Shown one piece after another: positions 17,934 through 26,844 of a DNA stretch of 33,072 bases. Every line of letters begins with the position of its first letter. The stretch's first letter is position 1. Made by a program: the position numbers and the translations under genes. Where the stretch lies: the NCBI GenBank assembly GCA_043767805.1, contig JAYUGC010000081.1:1-33072 (forward strand). The letters run 5' to 3'. Source of the DNA: Pseudomonadota bacterium (GTDB lineage: Bacteria > Bdellovibrionota > FAC87 > UBA2466). Under the pieces are notes generated by a model that saw only the letters and a program-made list of their open reading frames with translations, ran no database searches and was not told where the DNA came from.

Positions 17934-18662
17934 ATGAAAGCGGCAAAGAAAAAAACCAGTTTCGTTCCCCAGCTCGCAACGGGACTCTTCTCTAAAAAAG
18001 AAGGCGCCCAAAAAATCGCGAGCGGCATCTCCCACGTGCATTCCGCCGTGCTGGGAGAACGGGATGCCTATGCCCGCTTGACCAACGAAGCGCTGAAGGC
18101 GGGAGCCGTTCCGGCGTTTCCCTGGGAAAGCCCCACGGGCACGCAAACGGTGACCGTCACCACCAGCGCCGAGCGCTATCAGATCGCCTCCAAACTCATG
18201 AACGATCCGCTCGTGGCCAACCGCCGCAAAGTCCGCGAGCGCCTTGAAGTGGTGCTCGAAGAACTTTTGACCAATGCGCTTTACCACGCCTACCGGACCC
18301 CGGCGGGCACCGAAAAATACCCTCGTAAGCTTCCCGTGCAGCTCGCCCCCGAAGAAAAGATCACCGTGAAGTACTCGATCTCGAAGGAAGGCGTTTACCT
18401 TTCCGTTTCCGATCAGGGCGGCCAGCTCCGCTTCTCGGATCTCTCGGCGGCCTTCGCCCGTACCTACGGTAGCGAGTCCCCCGAGATTCAGGGCAAAGAA
18501 GGCGGCGCTGGGCTCGGCATCTACATGGTGTTCGAGGCCGTCAGCCACTACAAAGCGGTTTGCACGAGTGGCAAAAGCTGCGAGATTTCGGTTTGGATTT
18601 CAGACAAGCGTTTGGAAGATTTGGATCATTATTCGTTCAACTACTTCAATGTAGAGGAGTGA
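17934..18662 (+). CDS. RsbW/anti-sigma-type HATPase Ser/Thr kinase
   Basis: N box EELLTNALYH, G1 VSDQGG, G2 GAGLGIY; no His-phosphoacceptor domain. Confidence 0.8.
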   Translation: MKAAKKKTSFVPQLATGLFSKKEGAQKIASGISHVHSAVLGERDAYARLTNEALKAGAVPAFPWESPTGTQTVTVTTSAERYQIASKLMNDPLVANRRKVRERLEVVLEELLTNALYHAYRTPAGTEKYPRKLPVQLAPEEKITVKYSISKEGVYLSVSDQGGQLRFSDLSAAFARTYGSESPEIQGKEGGAGLGIYMVFEAVSHYKAVCTSGKSCEISVWISDKRLEDLDHYSFNYFNVEE

Positions 18663-18664
18663 CC

Positions 18665-19129
18665 GTGTTACCCAACGAGAAATTTAGCTTTCAGGTAGTC
18701 AAGAACGACGGCCGGAACTGCGTGATGTTGCAAGGGCAGATAGACGAGGATACGAGCTTCGAGGACCTCACGGGCATCGCGGCTCCCATCGTGTTCAACT
18801 TCAAGGGGCTGACGGGCATCAGCTCCATCGGCATCCGGTCCTGGGTGAACTTTTTGAAGGAACTGGGCGGCAAGGAAATCTTCTACGAAGAGTGCTCGCC
18901 GCTTATCGTCCGGCAGATGAACATGGTCCCTAGTTTTCACGGAGGCGCGAAAGTCCTTTCGGTTTTCGTCCCGTACGTGTGTGAAAAGTGTGAGAGTGAA
19001 AAGCTGGTTCTCGTGAACGAGGATCAGTTCGGCAAGAATGTAACGGAAACTTTCCCCTGTGAAGCATGCAAACAAGGGGAAATGGAGTTAGATGGGCACC
19101 CCCAGCAATATTTCGCCTTCGCCAAATAG
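18665..19129 (+). CDS. STAS (anti-anti-sigma-like) protein with C-terminal zinc ribbon
   Basis: LQGQIDE, ISSIGIRSW phosphoacceptor motif; CEKC...CEAC; AGAGGAG before GTG 18665. Confidence 0.8.
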   Translation: MLPNEKFSFQVVKNDGRNCVMLQGQIDEDTSFEDLTGIAAPIVFNFKGLTGISSIGIRSWVNFLKELGGKEIFYEECSPLIVRQMNMVPSFHGGAKVLSVFVPYVCEKCESEKLVLVNEDQFGKNVTETFPCEACKQGEMELDGHPQQYFAFAK

Positions 19130-20102
19130 CGCGAACGAGCGAGAGAGGCTAGAAGCCTGGGTTCAAAAGAACCAGGGCATTCTCGACCTTTTGCTCGACG
19201 CCTATTGCGTGGTGGACAGCGGCAATCGCGTGACGCACTTCAATGTGGCGTTCACGGAGCTTTGCGGTGAGTCCTACCGGAAGGTAACGAAGATCGGGGA
19301 TTTCTGTGCGCTCGTGCACACGGAATTCTGTCCCGATAAGTGCCCCGCCATCCAGGTGCGCGGGTCCGGCAAAGCCGTGCGCTGGGACGAAGTCCGTGGG
19401 GCGTCGAAAGCGTTTCCCGACTTGAACATGATCTTGAGCGGCGTTCCCATCAAGGACGACGCCGATACGGTCCTGGGCTCTCTGGTTACCATCCGTAACG
19501 TCACGGCCGAGATGCAGCTGCAGAAGAAGTACGACGAAAGAAAGCGCGAGTCCATCATCGATGGTCTCACGGGCCTCTTCAACAAGGCCTACTCCGAAGA
19601 ATATCTCGCCAGCATGATGCGCTCGGCTTTGCGCGACACCCAGCCCATCACGGTAGTGATGTGCGATATCGATCACTTCAAGAAAGTGAACGATACCTAC
19701 GGCCATCAAGCCGGAGATTTCGTCCTGGCTCGCGTCGCTCAGATTTTAAAGGGCGAGACCCGCGAAACGGATGCGGTGGGGCGCTTCGGCGGCGAAGAGT
19801 TCGTCTCGATGCTTTACAAGAGCGAGCCCGTGGGCGCGAAAGTTTTCGCGGAAAGATTCCGCAAGCGGGTCGAGAGCACGGAGTTCCTCTACGAAGGCAC
19901 TCGTATTCCGGTCACCATCAGCGTCGGCACGGCGTCTCTGAAAGCCATCTGGAAGCCGGGGCTCGATCCCACGGCTCTCGCGAAGGACCTTGTTCACCGC
20001 GCCGATACCGCTCTCTACTTCGCCAAGAACCACGGCAGGAACCGCTGCGTACAGTGGGAAAGCTTGCCCCCCGCCGACCAAGAGCTCAAAAAAGCTTCGT
20101 AA
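19092..20102 (+). CDS. PAS-GGDEF diguanylate cyclase
   Basis: DGLTGLFN, DIDHFKKVNDTYGH, RFGGEEF active site, RETD (RxxD) I-site, N-terminal PAS-like domain. Confidence 0.93.
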   Translation: MGTPSNISPSPNSANERERLEAWVQKNQGILDLLLDAYCVVDSGNRVTHFNVAFTELCGESYRKVTKIGDFCALVHTEFCPDKCPAIQVRGSGKAVRWDEVRGASKAFPDLNMILSGVPIKDDADTVLGSLVTIRNVTAEMQLQKKYDERKRESIIDGLTGLFNKAYSEEYLASMMRSALRDTQPITVVMCDIDHFKKVNDTYGHQAGDFVLARVAQILKGETRETDAVGRFGGEEFVSMLYKSEPVGAKVFAERFRKRVESTEFLYEGTRIPVTISVGTASLKAIWKPGLDPTALAKDLVHRADTALYFAKNHGRNRCVQWESLPPADQELKKAS

Positions 20103-20221
20103 AAGCAGAGCATGCGTTCGCGATCGCGTATGCCTCTTTCCTATCCGAACACCCAAACACAAATGCCCGCTTACCTCGAAAGGTAAGCGGGCACGTCAAA
20201 ACGCTAAACCAGAGAGGCCGA

Positions 20222-20374
20222 TTACTTCTGGGAGAGGATCTTGTAGACGCCGGTTCCGCAAACCGCACAGTTGCCTTTAAGGGCCGGGCGACCGTTCTTC
20301 ATCTTCGTTTCCACGCCATCTTTAATCGCCGTCTTCTGTCTGCACTTCACACAGTAAGCTGTTTCTTCTGCCAT
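20222..20374 (-). CDS. 50-aa basic zinc-ribbon protein, DUF5679-like
   Basis: AYCVKCR...MKNGRPALKGNCAVCGT; AAGGGGG before ATG 20374. Confidence 0.8.
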   Translation of the reverse strand: MAEETAYCVKCRQKTAIKDGVETKMKNGRPALKGNCAVCGTGVYKILSQK

Positions 20375-20479
20375 GCTGTGATCCCCCTTAGTATGGACAA
20401 AGCCCAAATTGTTTAATGAGCGTACCACACTAGGCGCACGTCGCCAAACAACGCGCGGTATCGATGGTGAGAAGTCGGT

Positions 20480-22471
20480 CTAGGGCTTTCGCGACACGGC
20501 GCTCCGCTCAGCGGATTCACGTCTCTCGATAGCCGCGAGCTCGGAAGCGATATTCACCGCGAGGCCAAGCTCCGATTCACGGCTTTCTTCCCCGCTAATT
20601 CGCTTGGCTTCTTCTCCGGGAGAGAAAGGATGAGCCGCGCGAAGCTCGGCGGCGTGCTGCTCGAGCACGGCGCGCTTGCTTCCGATTCGCGCGAGCGACG
20701 AAGCATCCATGAAAGGCTCGAGGTCGCGCACCTTGCCCGGCTGAGCCGGCTCGGCCGCGTTCGCAATCGAGATGTGCGTGAGCACGCCGCCGTTCGCGGG
20801 GGTGTGACCCAAGGGAGAATAGAAGAGCGAAGTGGTGAGCTTCACCACGCCCGAGGCCGGCAAGCCCGCCCACTGCGCGCCGAGAAACTCGTCGCCCAGG
20901 TGAAAGAGCTTCTGGACGCTGCCTTTGCCGAAAGTATGAGGCGTCCCGACAAGCAGAGCTCGTTGATGATCGCGAAGAGCGCCCGCGAGGACTTCGGACG
21001 CGCTCGCGCTATCGCCGTCCACGAGGACCACTAAGGGACCGGCGTAGGTGAGCTCTCCTTTATCGTCTCTGAGAATGCGCTGAGAATCCTGGCCGACGAC
21101 CGCGACCACGGGAGCGTCCGCGATGAAGTTCCCGGCCATGGAGACCGCTTCTTCCAGGTAGCCTCCCGGGTTGCCCCGCAGATCGACGATGATGGAGGAC
21201 ACCGGCTTTTGATTGTCCAAGATTCCCTTGAGCGCGTTCTCGAAATCTTCCGCGCTGGAATGCTCGTCCGGATCGCTCAAAGAGCCGCGGCCGTAAAAGG
21301 AAGGCACTTCGATGACGCCGACAGCGCCCTTGCCTGCTTCAGGCACAATGACCCGGCTCGACACGCGTGATTCCTGAAAATCGAAATGGCGGCGGGCAAG
21401 CGAGATGATTTTCGTCGCCCCGCTTTTGGGTTTTTCCACCGTGAGCCGGACCACGGAGCTCGGCGCTCCTTTGAAAAGTTTCTTCGCGTCCCGGTCGCCC
21501 ATCTCGTTCAAGCGCCGGCCGTCCAAGGCCAAGATGAGATCGCCCGTTTGCACTTTGCCCGAGTCCATGGCGGGCGAGTCGGGAATGAGACCTTCCACGA
21601 GATAGCCGCGCGGAACGCGGCGCACGCGGACGCCGATGCCGGACACGCCGCCCGAAAGATCGGAATAGAAATCATCGAACTCGTCCGAGGAAAAGTAAGT
21701 GGAGTACGGATCGAGCGCGCCGAGCACGCCCTTCGCAAAAAGAAGCCGGCTGAAGCCGGAGTCGGGAAACAAGGCTTGCTCCATCACGGCGCCAATGAGC
21801 TTCGCGCGGTTATCGCCGTAAGCCGCGATGAGCGCGGGGCTCGCCGTATCGTTTAACTGGCGGGCGTAGTTCTCGAGACGCGCGGAGAGCTCCGCTTCGT
21901 CCTTCGCAAAACCCTGATAGGTTTCCCGAGGCGAGTCCCACTCTTCATTGCCGGAAACTTTTTTGGGAGCCGCCGCTCCGAGCTTCGCGGTGAGAGCCGC
22001 GACTCTGGCGTGAAAGCTTTCGCGAAGGCGCACGCGCTCTTCGAAAATCCAGCGATCGAAATATGAGCAATCGCGGTGCTGAAGGAACTCGTTCCACGGC
22101 CCTTCGGCCGAAGCGGCGAACGCGTCCACTTCCGATTGTACGAGGAGTAAGCGGGAAGGATCGAGACGACGGCTCACTTCCTTGGCGACATCCGCGCCGA
22201 AACTCTTCCCGTGGAGAGAAACCCCCCGCTTTCCGCCGTAACGCTCTTCACTCCAAGTGCTGATGCGATGCACTTCGGAACAAGAAAGTTCCCCCGCACC
22301 GCCCGCCTGAACGTGAGCCGCGAGTTTCGCGGTTTGGCGTTTCTGAATGCCTTGGAAAAAGAAAAAGGCGACTAAACCTGAGAAAGCCCCTAACGCAACC
22401 GCACGTACCTGACGACTCAAAACGCGCAACCCCCGCTTAGCGGCCCCTAAACTTCCTCCGACTCCCGGCAA
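20480..22471 (-). CDS. Second S41 carboxyl-terminal processing protease (start uncertain)
   Basis: LDPYSTY, SGIGV (PDZ loop), VPSFYG, DLRGNPGG, SASASE, FGKGSVQ; N-terminal TM helix. Confidence 0.88.
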   Translation of the reverse strand: MPGVGGSLGAAKRGLRVLSRQVRAVALGAFSGLVAFFFFQGIQKRQTAKLAAHVQAGGAGELSCSEVHRISTWSEERYGGKRGVSLHGKSFGADVAKEVSRRLDPSRLLLVQSEVDAFAASAEGPWNEFLQHRDCSYFDRWIFEERVRLRESFHARVAALTAKLGAAAPKKVSGNEEWDSPRETYQGFAKDEAELSARLENYARQLNDTASPALIAAYGDNRAKLIGAVMEQALFPDSGFSRLLFAKGVLGALDPYSTYFSSDEFDDFYSDLSGGVSGIGVRVRRVPRGYLVEGLIPDSPAMDSGKVQTGDLILALDGRRLNEMGDRDAKKLFKGAPSSVVRLTVEKPKSGATKIISLARRHFDFQESRVSSRVIVPEAGKGAVGVIEVPSFYGRGSLSDPDEHSSAEDFENALKGILDNQKPVSSIIVDLRGNPGGYLEEAVSMAGNFIADAPVVAVVGQDSQRILRDDKGELTYAGPLVVLVDGDSASASEVLAGALRDHQRALLVGTPHTFGKGSVQKLFHLGDEFLGAQWAGLPASGVVKLTTSLFYSPLGHTPANGGVLTHISIANAAEPAQPGKVRDLEPFMDASSLARIGSKRAVLEQHAAELRAAHPFSPGEEAKRISGEESRESELGLAVNIASELAAIERRESAERSAVSRKP

Positions 22472-22758
22472 AAACCGAGACTCGCGAAGCTTTTGAGCCG
22501 CGTCCCCTGGAACCCCAAACTTGCCTCTCGTGAACTTTAACTATGGAAAACGTGACGCACTGTATCAAATCGGACCGCCCAATACACCTATATTCTGCGT
22601 GTTTACACCCAAGGTGATTTTCCCTGCCCAACCCGTTGACGGCGGGACCAGAATTCCCTCATCCAAAGTTGTTGATATTCCGATCAGTTTAGTGAAAACC
22701 GTAAAACCTTTAGACGGGTAAAGATTTGTATTTTCAAGTGGTTAGAATATGACGCGCT

Positions 22759-22787
22759 TTGACTAAATCCTCAGGGGTAGCTATACT
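22759..22787 (+). promoter_or_regulatory. sigma70-type promoter of the flp/tad operon
   Basis: TTGACT-17 bp-TATACT about 55 nt upstream of the flp start. Confidence 0.7.
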
Positions 22788-22841
22788 TTATGAAACGGTT
22801 AATTGCAGAACGGCAATAAACACCCAACGGAGGACGACAAC

Positions 22842-23036
22842 ATGTTGAAGCAATTCCTGAGAGAAGAAGAAGGACAGACGACGGTCGAATATCTGCTCAT
22901 CATCGCGGTAATCGTGGTGGTCATCAGCGTAATGGGCCGTGAGCTCCAGAAACGTCTGCCCGATACGGTCGCTAAGGTGTTCAGCGGGGTCAACAAGAAG
23001 ATCGACGACTTGATGACGGCCGCTGGTGGAAAATAA
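22842..23036 (+). CDS. flp: Flp (Tad) major pilin, 64 aa
   Basis: EEEG|QTTVEYLLII prepilin motif; GGAGG RBS. Confidence 0.9.
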   Translation: MLKQFLREEEGQTTVEYLLIIAVIVVVISVMGRELQKRLPDTVAKVFSGVNKKIDDLMTAAGGK

Positions 23037-23051
23037 CCGTGGAGTTTTAAT

Positions 23052-23252
23052 CTGTTACGTAAATCTCGAAAGAAGCCCCGAGGGCAAAGCACTATCGAAT
23101 ATGTCTTGATGGTGGCCTTCGGGGCTATTTTCGCGATTAAAATCACGCAGTTCTTCAACGGCGTCTTCCAAGACGGGTTGGCGAAACTCGAGACCAACGT
23201 ACAGAGCGAAATGGCCACGGGCCAAGGCTACGAAGGCGGACGTACTAATTAG
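23052..23252 (+). CDS. Second Flp-like pilin, 66 aa, probable CTG start (absent from ORF track)
   Basis: LLRKSRKKPRG|QSTIEYVLMVAFGAIFAIKITQFF...; GGAG at 23041-23044, 7 nt before CTG. Confidence 0.8.
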   Translation: MLRKSRKKPRGQSTIEYVLMVAFGAIFAIKITQFFNGVFQDGLAKLETNVQSEMATGQGYEGGRTN

Positions 23253-23279
23253 GAGGCTGCCCCCTAGGGGTAGCTTCCC
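23252..23279 (+). terminator. Stem-loop after the pilin genes
   Basis: GGAGGCTGCCCC / GGGGTAGCTTCC arms; no strong U-tract, so a partial terminator or mRNA stabiliser. Confidence 0.5.
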
Positions 23280-23342
23280 GCGTCAGTTCTAACAAAATTT
23301 AGACCCGGTTTTCAGGCGGCTAATTTCACGTTTGGGGGACGT

Positions 23343-23855
23343 ATGCCTGGGGGGTTCGAAATCACGCTATGGGCACTTCTGGCCATCGCCAGCGTCACAG
23401 ATCTGCTTTGGGGCAAGGTCTTTAACGCGACGACTTTTCCTTTTCTATTCGCTGGATTGATCTGCCGATTCGTCTGGCTTGGTGCTTCCTCTCTCCAAGA
23501 GGGAGCTATTGCCATTGGCGTCGCCTTTACCCTCTTCTTCCCTCTTTGGATTTTGAAAGCCATGGCGGCGGGCGACGTGAAGCTCCTCATGGCGGCGGGC
23601 GCGTGGAGCGATTCCAAAACCATCATCTCGGTGGCCATCACTTCCATTTTGATCGGCGCGCTTGTCGGCCTCGTGGTCCTTCTCGGCAAAGAAGGCCCCA
23701 GGAAAGGTGCCGCGAGCTTTCTTTCTCTTTTTCGCAAGGACGCCAACGTAAAGCCGAGATACCGGATGCCGTTTGCCCCGGCGTTTCTCGTCGCGTACGC
23801 GTTTTTGCAAATTGCCCAGATGAAAGGATGGCAGCTGCCGTGGATTGGCGTCTGA
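23343..23855 (+). CDS. cpaA: Prepilin peptidase CpaA/TadV (A24)
   Basis: SVTDL and AAGDVKL aspartates, MPFAPA motif, multi-TM. Confidence 0.9.
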   Translation: MPGGFEITLWALLAIASVTDLLWGKVFNATTFPFLFAGLICRFVWLGASSLQEGAIAIGVAFTLFFPLWILKAMAAGDVKLLMAAGAWSDSKTIISVAITSILIGALVGLVVLLGKEGPRKGAASFLSLFRKDANVKPRYRMPFAPAFLVAYAFLQIAQMKGWQLPWIGV

Positions 23856-24103
23856 AATCACGACGGGGACAAAGCGGGCAAACGTCCGTGGAGTATTTAC
23901 TGCTCCTCTCCGTCGCGTTCATCACGGCGTACATCGTAATCACGGGGCCGGTCGCGACCTTCGCGAACGGCATGATCAACGGAATCAAAGTGGGACTTTT
24001 GAATGTGGTGCAAAACGCGGAGCTGACGACTTCGGCTCCGGTCACGGCGGGATCGGCGGGACACCCGAGCGATCCGGCCCGGATGAGGCCTTTGCACTTA
24101 TAG
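23828..24103 (+). CDS. Minor pilin (Flp/TadE-like); start ATG 23828 or GTG 23840
   Basis: GQSG|QTSVEYLLLLSVAF. Confidence 0.75.
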   Translation: MAAAVDWRLKSRRGQSGQTSVEYLLLLSVAFITAYIVITGPVATFANGMINGIKVGLLNVVQNAELTTSAPVTAGSAGHPSDPARMRPLHL

Positions 24104-24110
24104 GAGATAG

Positions 24111-24641
24111 ATGAACTGGAAACGGAAAATTCGATCGCAAGCCGGACAAGCCGGAATCGAGTTCATGGGGATCATGGTCGTGGTCTTCTTTTTCCTTTTC
24201 TTCTTCATGAGCCTCGCCATCACTTTGATCGTGAGCGACTACCTCGAGTACGCGACCTTCATGGCGGCGCGCACCTATAAGGCGGGAGCCAGCACCAAAG
24301 CCAAGCAAGAGGAGCACGCGCAGCTCGTCTTCGATACCTATTTCCAGAAGATTCAAGGCATCGCCCGCAACCCGGGCCGGCTCACGTTCCTCGCGGCGGA
24401 CTCCAAAGACGAGCAAACCCAGGGTGTACTCGCCAATTACACGGTGGACCTCTTTTATCTGCCGCCGGTTTTCATCGGCAAAGGCTCCCCCGGCAGCACC
24501 ATGAACCTGAACGCGGAAGCCCATCTGGGCCGAGACCCTTCGTTCGAGGATTGCATCGGGTTTTTCGACAATTTCGGTTCCAAGGTACTCGGGATTCAAA
24601 ACTCCAATTTGATTGATCAGCTGGAGGACAATGGGTGCTAG
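24111..24641 (+). CDS. TadE-like pseudopilin
   Basis: AG|QAGIEF, TM helix, YATFMAAR motif. Confidence 0.8.
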   Translation: MNWKRKIRSQAGQAGIEFMGIMVVVFFFLFFFMSLAITLIVSDYLEYATFMAARTYKAGASTKAKQEEHAQLVFDTYFQKIQGIARNPGRLTFLAADSKDEQTQGVLANYTVDLFYLPPVFIGKGSPGSTMNLNAEAHLGRDPSFEDCIGFFDNFGSKVLGIQNSNLIDQLEDNGC

Positions 24642-24975
24642 AGCGAAAAAACGAACGGGTCAGCGTGGGCAGGCCACCATCGAGATGGCCATGTGCCTTC
24701 CGATCATCATTACGCTCATTTTTTACACCATCAATTCCTATTACTCCATTCACACGGCCCACGTGGGCCAGCGGTACGCCGCCATGAACATGTACCAGCG
24801 GCTAAATAACCGCTCGAAGTTCGTGGTGGACGACGTGGCGAATCTGCCGACGGGAAAAAACTTCATCGCGGTGAAGTACGGGGATCGGGAACGCAACGCG
24901 CCTAAGAGAAAAATTTTGCTGGGACCCATCGATATCAATACGACGGTGGGAATTTGTAGAGAGCCAGGCTGTTAA
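24631..24975 (+). CDS. TadE-like pseudopilin
   Basis: RG|QATIEMAMCLPII; GGAGG before ATG 24631. Confidence 0.8.
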   Translation: MGARAKKRTGQRGQATIEMAMCLPIIITLIFYTINSYYSIHTAHVGQRYAAMNMYQRLNNRSKFVVDDVANLPTGKNFIAVKYGDRERNAPKRKILLGPIDINTTVGICREPGC

Positions 24976-24976
24976 C

Positions 24977-25897
24977 ATGGAAAATAAGAAGGCATTCATA
25001 GTCTCAGGAATCTGCTGCATCGTTTCGTTGCTGCTTATTTCCGGCTACGTCACGCAGCGGGAAAAAGAGCTGACCAGCGACATGGGCGAGCGTGTGGAAG
25101 TCGTCGTCGCGAAACAAGGGATCGAAGAGTACCGCCTCATCCGCGAAGACATGGTCGAGACCACCACCGTCTTTAAAAAGTTCTTTCAGCCTTCCGCCGT
25201 GAACAACATCAGCGACGTCGTCGGTAAATCGGCCTACGTGCCGCTCTACCCCGGCGAGCAAATCGTTTTGACGAAACTCGTCTCTCAAGACGGAAAGCCG
25301 GTCCTGGATCGCCAAGTCGAGCGCAACATGCGGGCGGTCACCATCAAGATTTCCCCGCACACCAGCGTCGCGCAACTCGTGCGGCCCGGCGATCGCGTGG
25401 ACATCATGGCGGCCCCCAACTACGACATGGGCGGCGTCATGATTTTCGAGATCAAGACGGTAGTGCAGAACGTAATCGTTCTCGCCACCGGCAAGAGCAT
25501 CCAGAACTCGGTGCCCACCCGCATCGACAAGGAGCTCATGGGAAGCCTCGAAGAGGAGTTCCAGAAGGAAGGACGCCGGGACTTCGGCGGCAGCGGACGG
25601 GACGCCTTAAATACCCATCGGCCCGACGCGGACTACGCGACGCTCACCCTTCAGCTTTCGCCCGAAGACGCGAAGCGGGTTTTGTTCCTGAGCCACACGT
25701 TCGGCGACAACCGCCTCTACTTCACCCTTCGCAACTCGGGCGACGTGGAAGTGGCGAAGCTCGACACGACCCTTTTGGACGACGTTTTAGGACCGGAAAG
25801 CGATTACGGACGCAGTATGAAGAAGCCGCCGCCGATATCTCCTCCCAAAGAGCGGTTTAACGACTTAAAGGGCGGCCTAGCCGTGCCCGTTTACTAA
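24977..25897 (+). CDS. cpaB: Flp pilus assembly protein CpaB/RcpC (copy 1)
   Basis: TM helix, SAF-like VVVAKQGI, MRAVTI...VRPGDRVDI, QNVIVLATG. Confidence 0.9.
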   Translation: MENKKAFIVSGICCIVSLLLISGYVTQREKELTSDMGERVEVVVAKQGIEEYRLIREDMVETTTVFKKFFQPSAVNNISDVVGKSAYVPLYPGEQIVLTKLVSQDGKPVLDRQVERNMRAVTIKISPHTSVAQLVRPGDRVDIMAAPNYDMGGVMIFEIKTVVQNVIVLATGKSIQNSVPTRIDKELMGSLEEEFQKEGRRDFGGSGRDALNTHRPDADYATLTLQLSPEDAKRVLFLSHTFGDNRLYFTLRNSGDVEVAKLDTTLLDDVLGPESDYGRSMKKPPPISPPKERFNDLKGGLAVPVY

Positions 25898-25910
25898 GGT
25901 GATTTGAGCC

Positions 25911-26822
25911 ATGGAACGTAGAGCCTTATTAATGTCCCTCGGCATCTCGGCCTTCGCGGCCTATATGGTGTGGAGCTATATCTCGGGCAAAGACGCCGAG
26001 CTCCGCGACATGTACGCGGTGAAGTTCCCGATGGTGGTCGCCTCCCGGGACATCTTGCAGTACCAAACGATTCGCCCCACCGACATTGAAGTAGTGAGCG
26101 TCCCGAAAGCCATGGCGCCCCTCGGCCGCATCTCGGAACCCAAAGACGTCATCGACGCCGTCGCTGCCGTGCCCATCCAAAAAGGCGAGCACGTCTTGGA
26201 TAACAAGATTATCTCGAAGAACGTCTACTCGGGCCTGAACACCCAGATTGGTCTCGGCCGGCGCGCCATCAGCATTCCCGTCAACGTGAAGAGCTCCGTG
26301 GCCTATCAGATTCGCCCGGGCAATCGCATCGATCTCGCCGCCCACTTCGAGTACAAGGCGAAAGCCGCGAACATCTCGGAAGTGAAAGTTTTCCTGCAAG
26401 ACATACTGGTGCTCGCCGCCGGTAAGACCATTCAATCGACCTCTCCCAAGGGCGTCGATCAGAAGTTCTTGCGCTCGCTCATGAGCCAGATCGGCCAGGA
26501 CGCGCCAAAGAGCGCCGACGAAGCACGCGAAATGCTCAACTTCGCGAAGACGGAAGCGAACTACCTGACGGTCAGTCTCGAGGTCACCCCCGAGCAGGCC
26601 CAGAGAATCGTTTACGTCATGACCGTTTTCCCGGACTCAATCATTCTTCTTCTCCGTCACTCGGACGACCGGACCCTCGATCGCATCCCGACCGCCAACA
26701 TCTATGACGTCATGGGACCCGACTCGTACCTGGTGAAGGGCAACCAGAGGCCGCCCCCCAGGGCGGTGCCAAGACCTAAATTCTTCGACTACGTCGGAGA
26801 CCAAGCAGTGCCCGTCTATTGA
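25911..26822 (+). CDS. cpaB: Flp pilus assembly protein CpaB/RcpC (copy 2)
   Basis: VVASRDI, RRAISI...IRPGNRIDL, LQDILVLAAG, VSLEVTPEQA. Confidence 0.9.
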   Translation: MERRALLMSLGISAFAAYMVWSYISGKDAELRDMYAVKFPMVVASRDILQYQTIRPTDIEVVSVPKAMAPLGRISEPKDVIDAVAAVPIQKGEHVLDNKIISKNVYSGLNTQIGLGRRAISIPVNVKSSVAYQIRPGNRIDLAAHFEYKAKAANISEVKVFLQDILVLAAGKTIQSTSPKGVDQKFLRSLMSQIGQDAPKSADEAREMLNFAKTEANYLTVSLEVTPEQAQRIVYVMTVFPDSIILLLRHSDDRTLDRIPTANIYDVMGPDSYLVKGNQRPPPRAVPRPKFFDYVGDQAVPVY

Positions 26823-26844
26823 CGGTGGAGAGAGCAAGGGAAGT

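Noticed and set aside
23546..23827. Long N-terminus of the 185-aa ORF
   Set aside because: Overlaps cpaA out of frame; the prepilin motif implies a start near 23828-23840.
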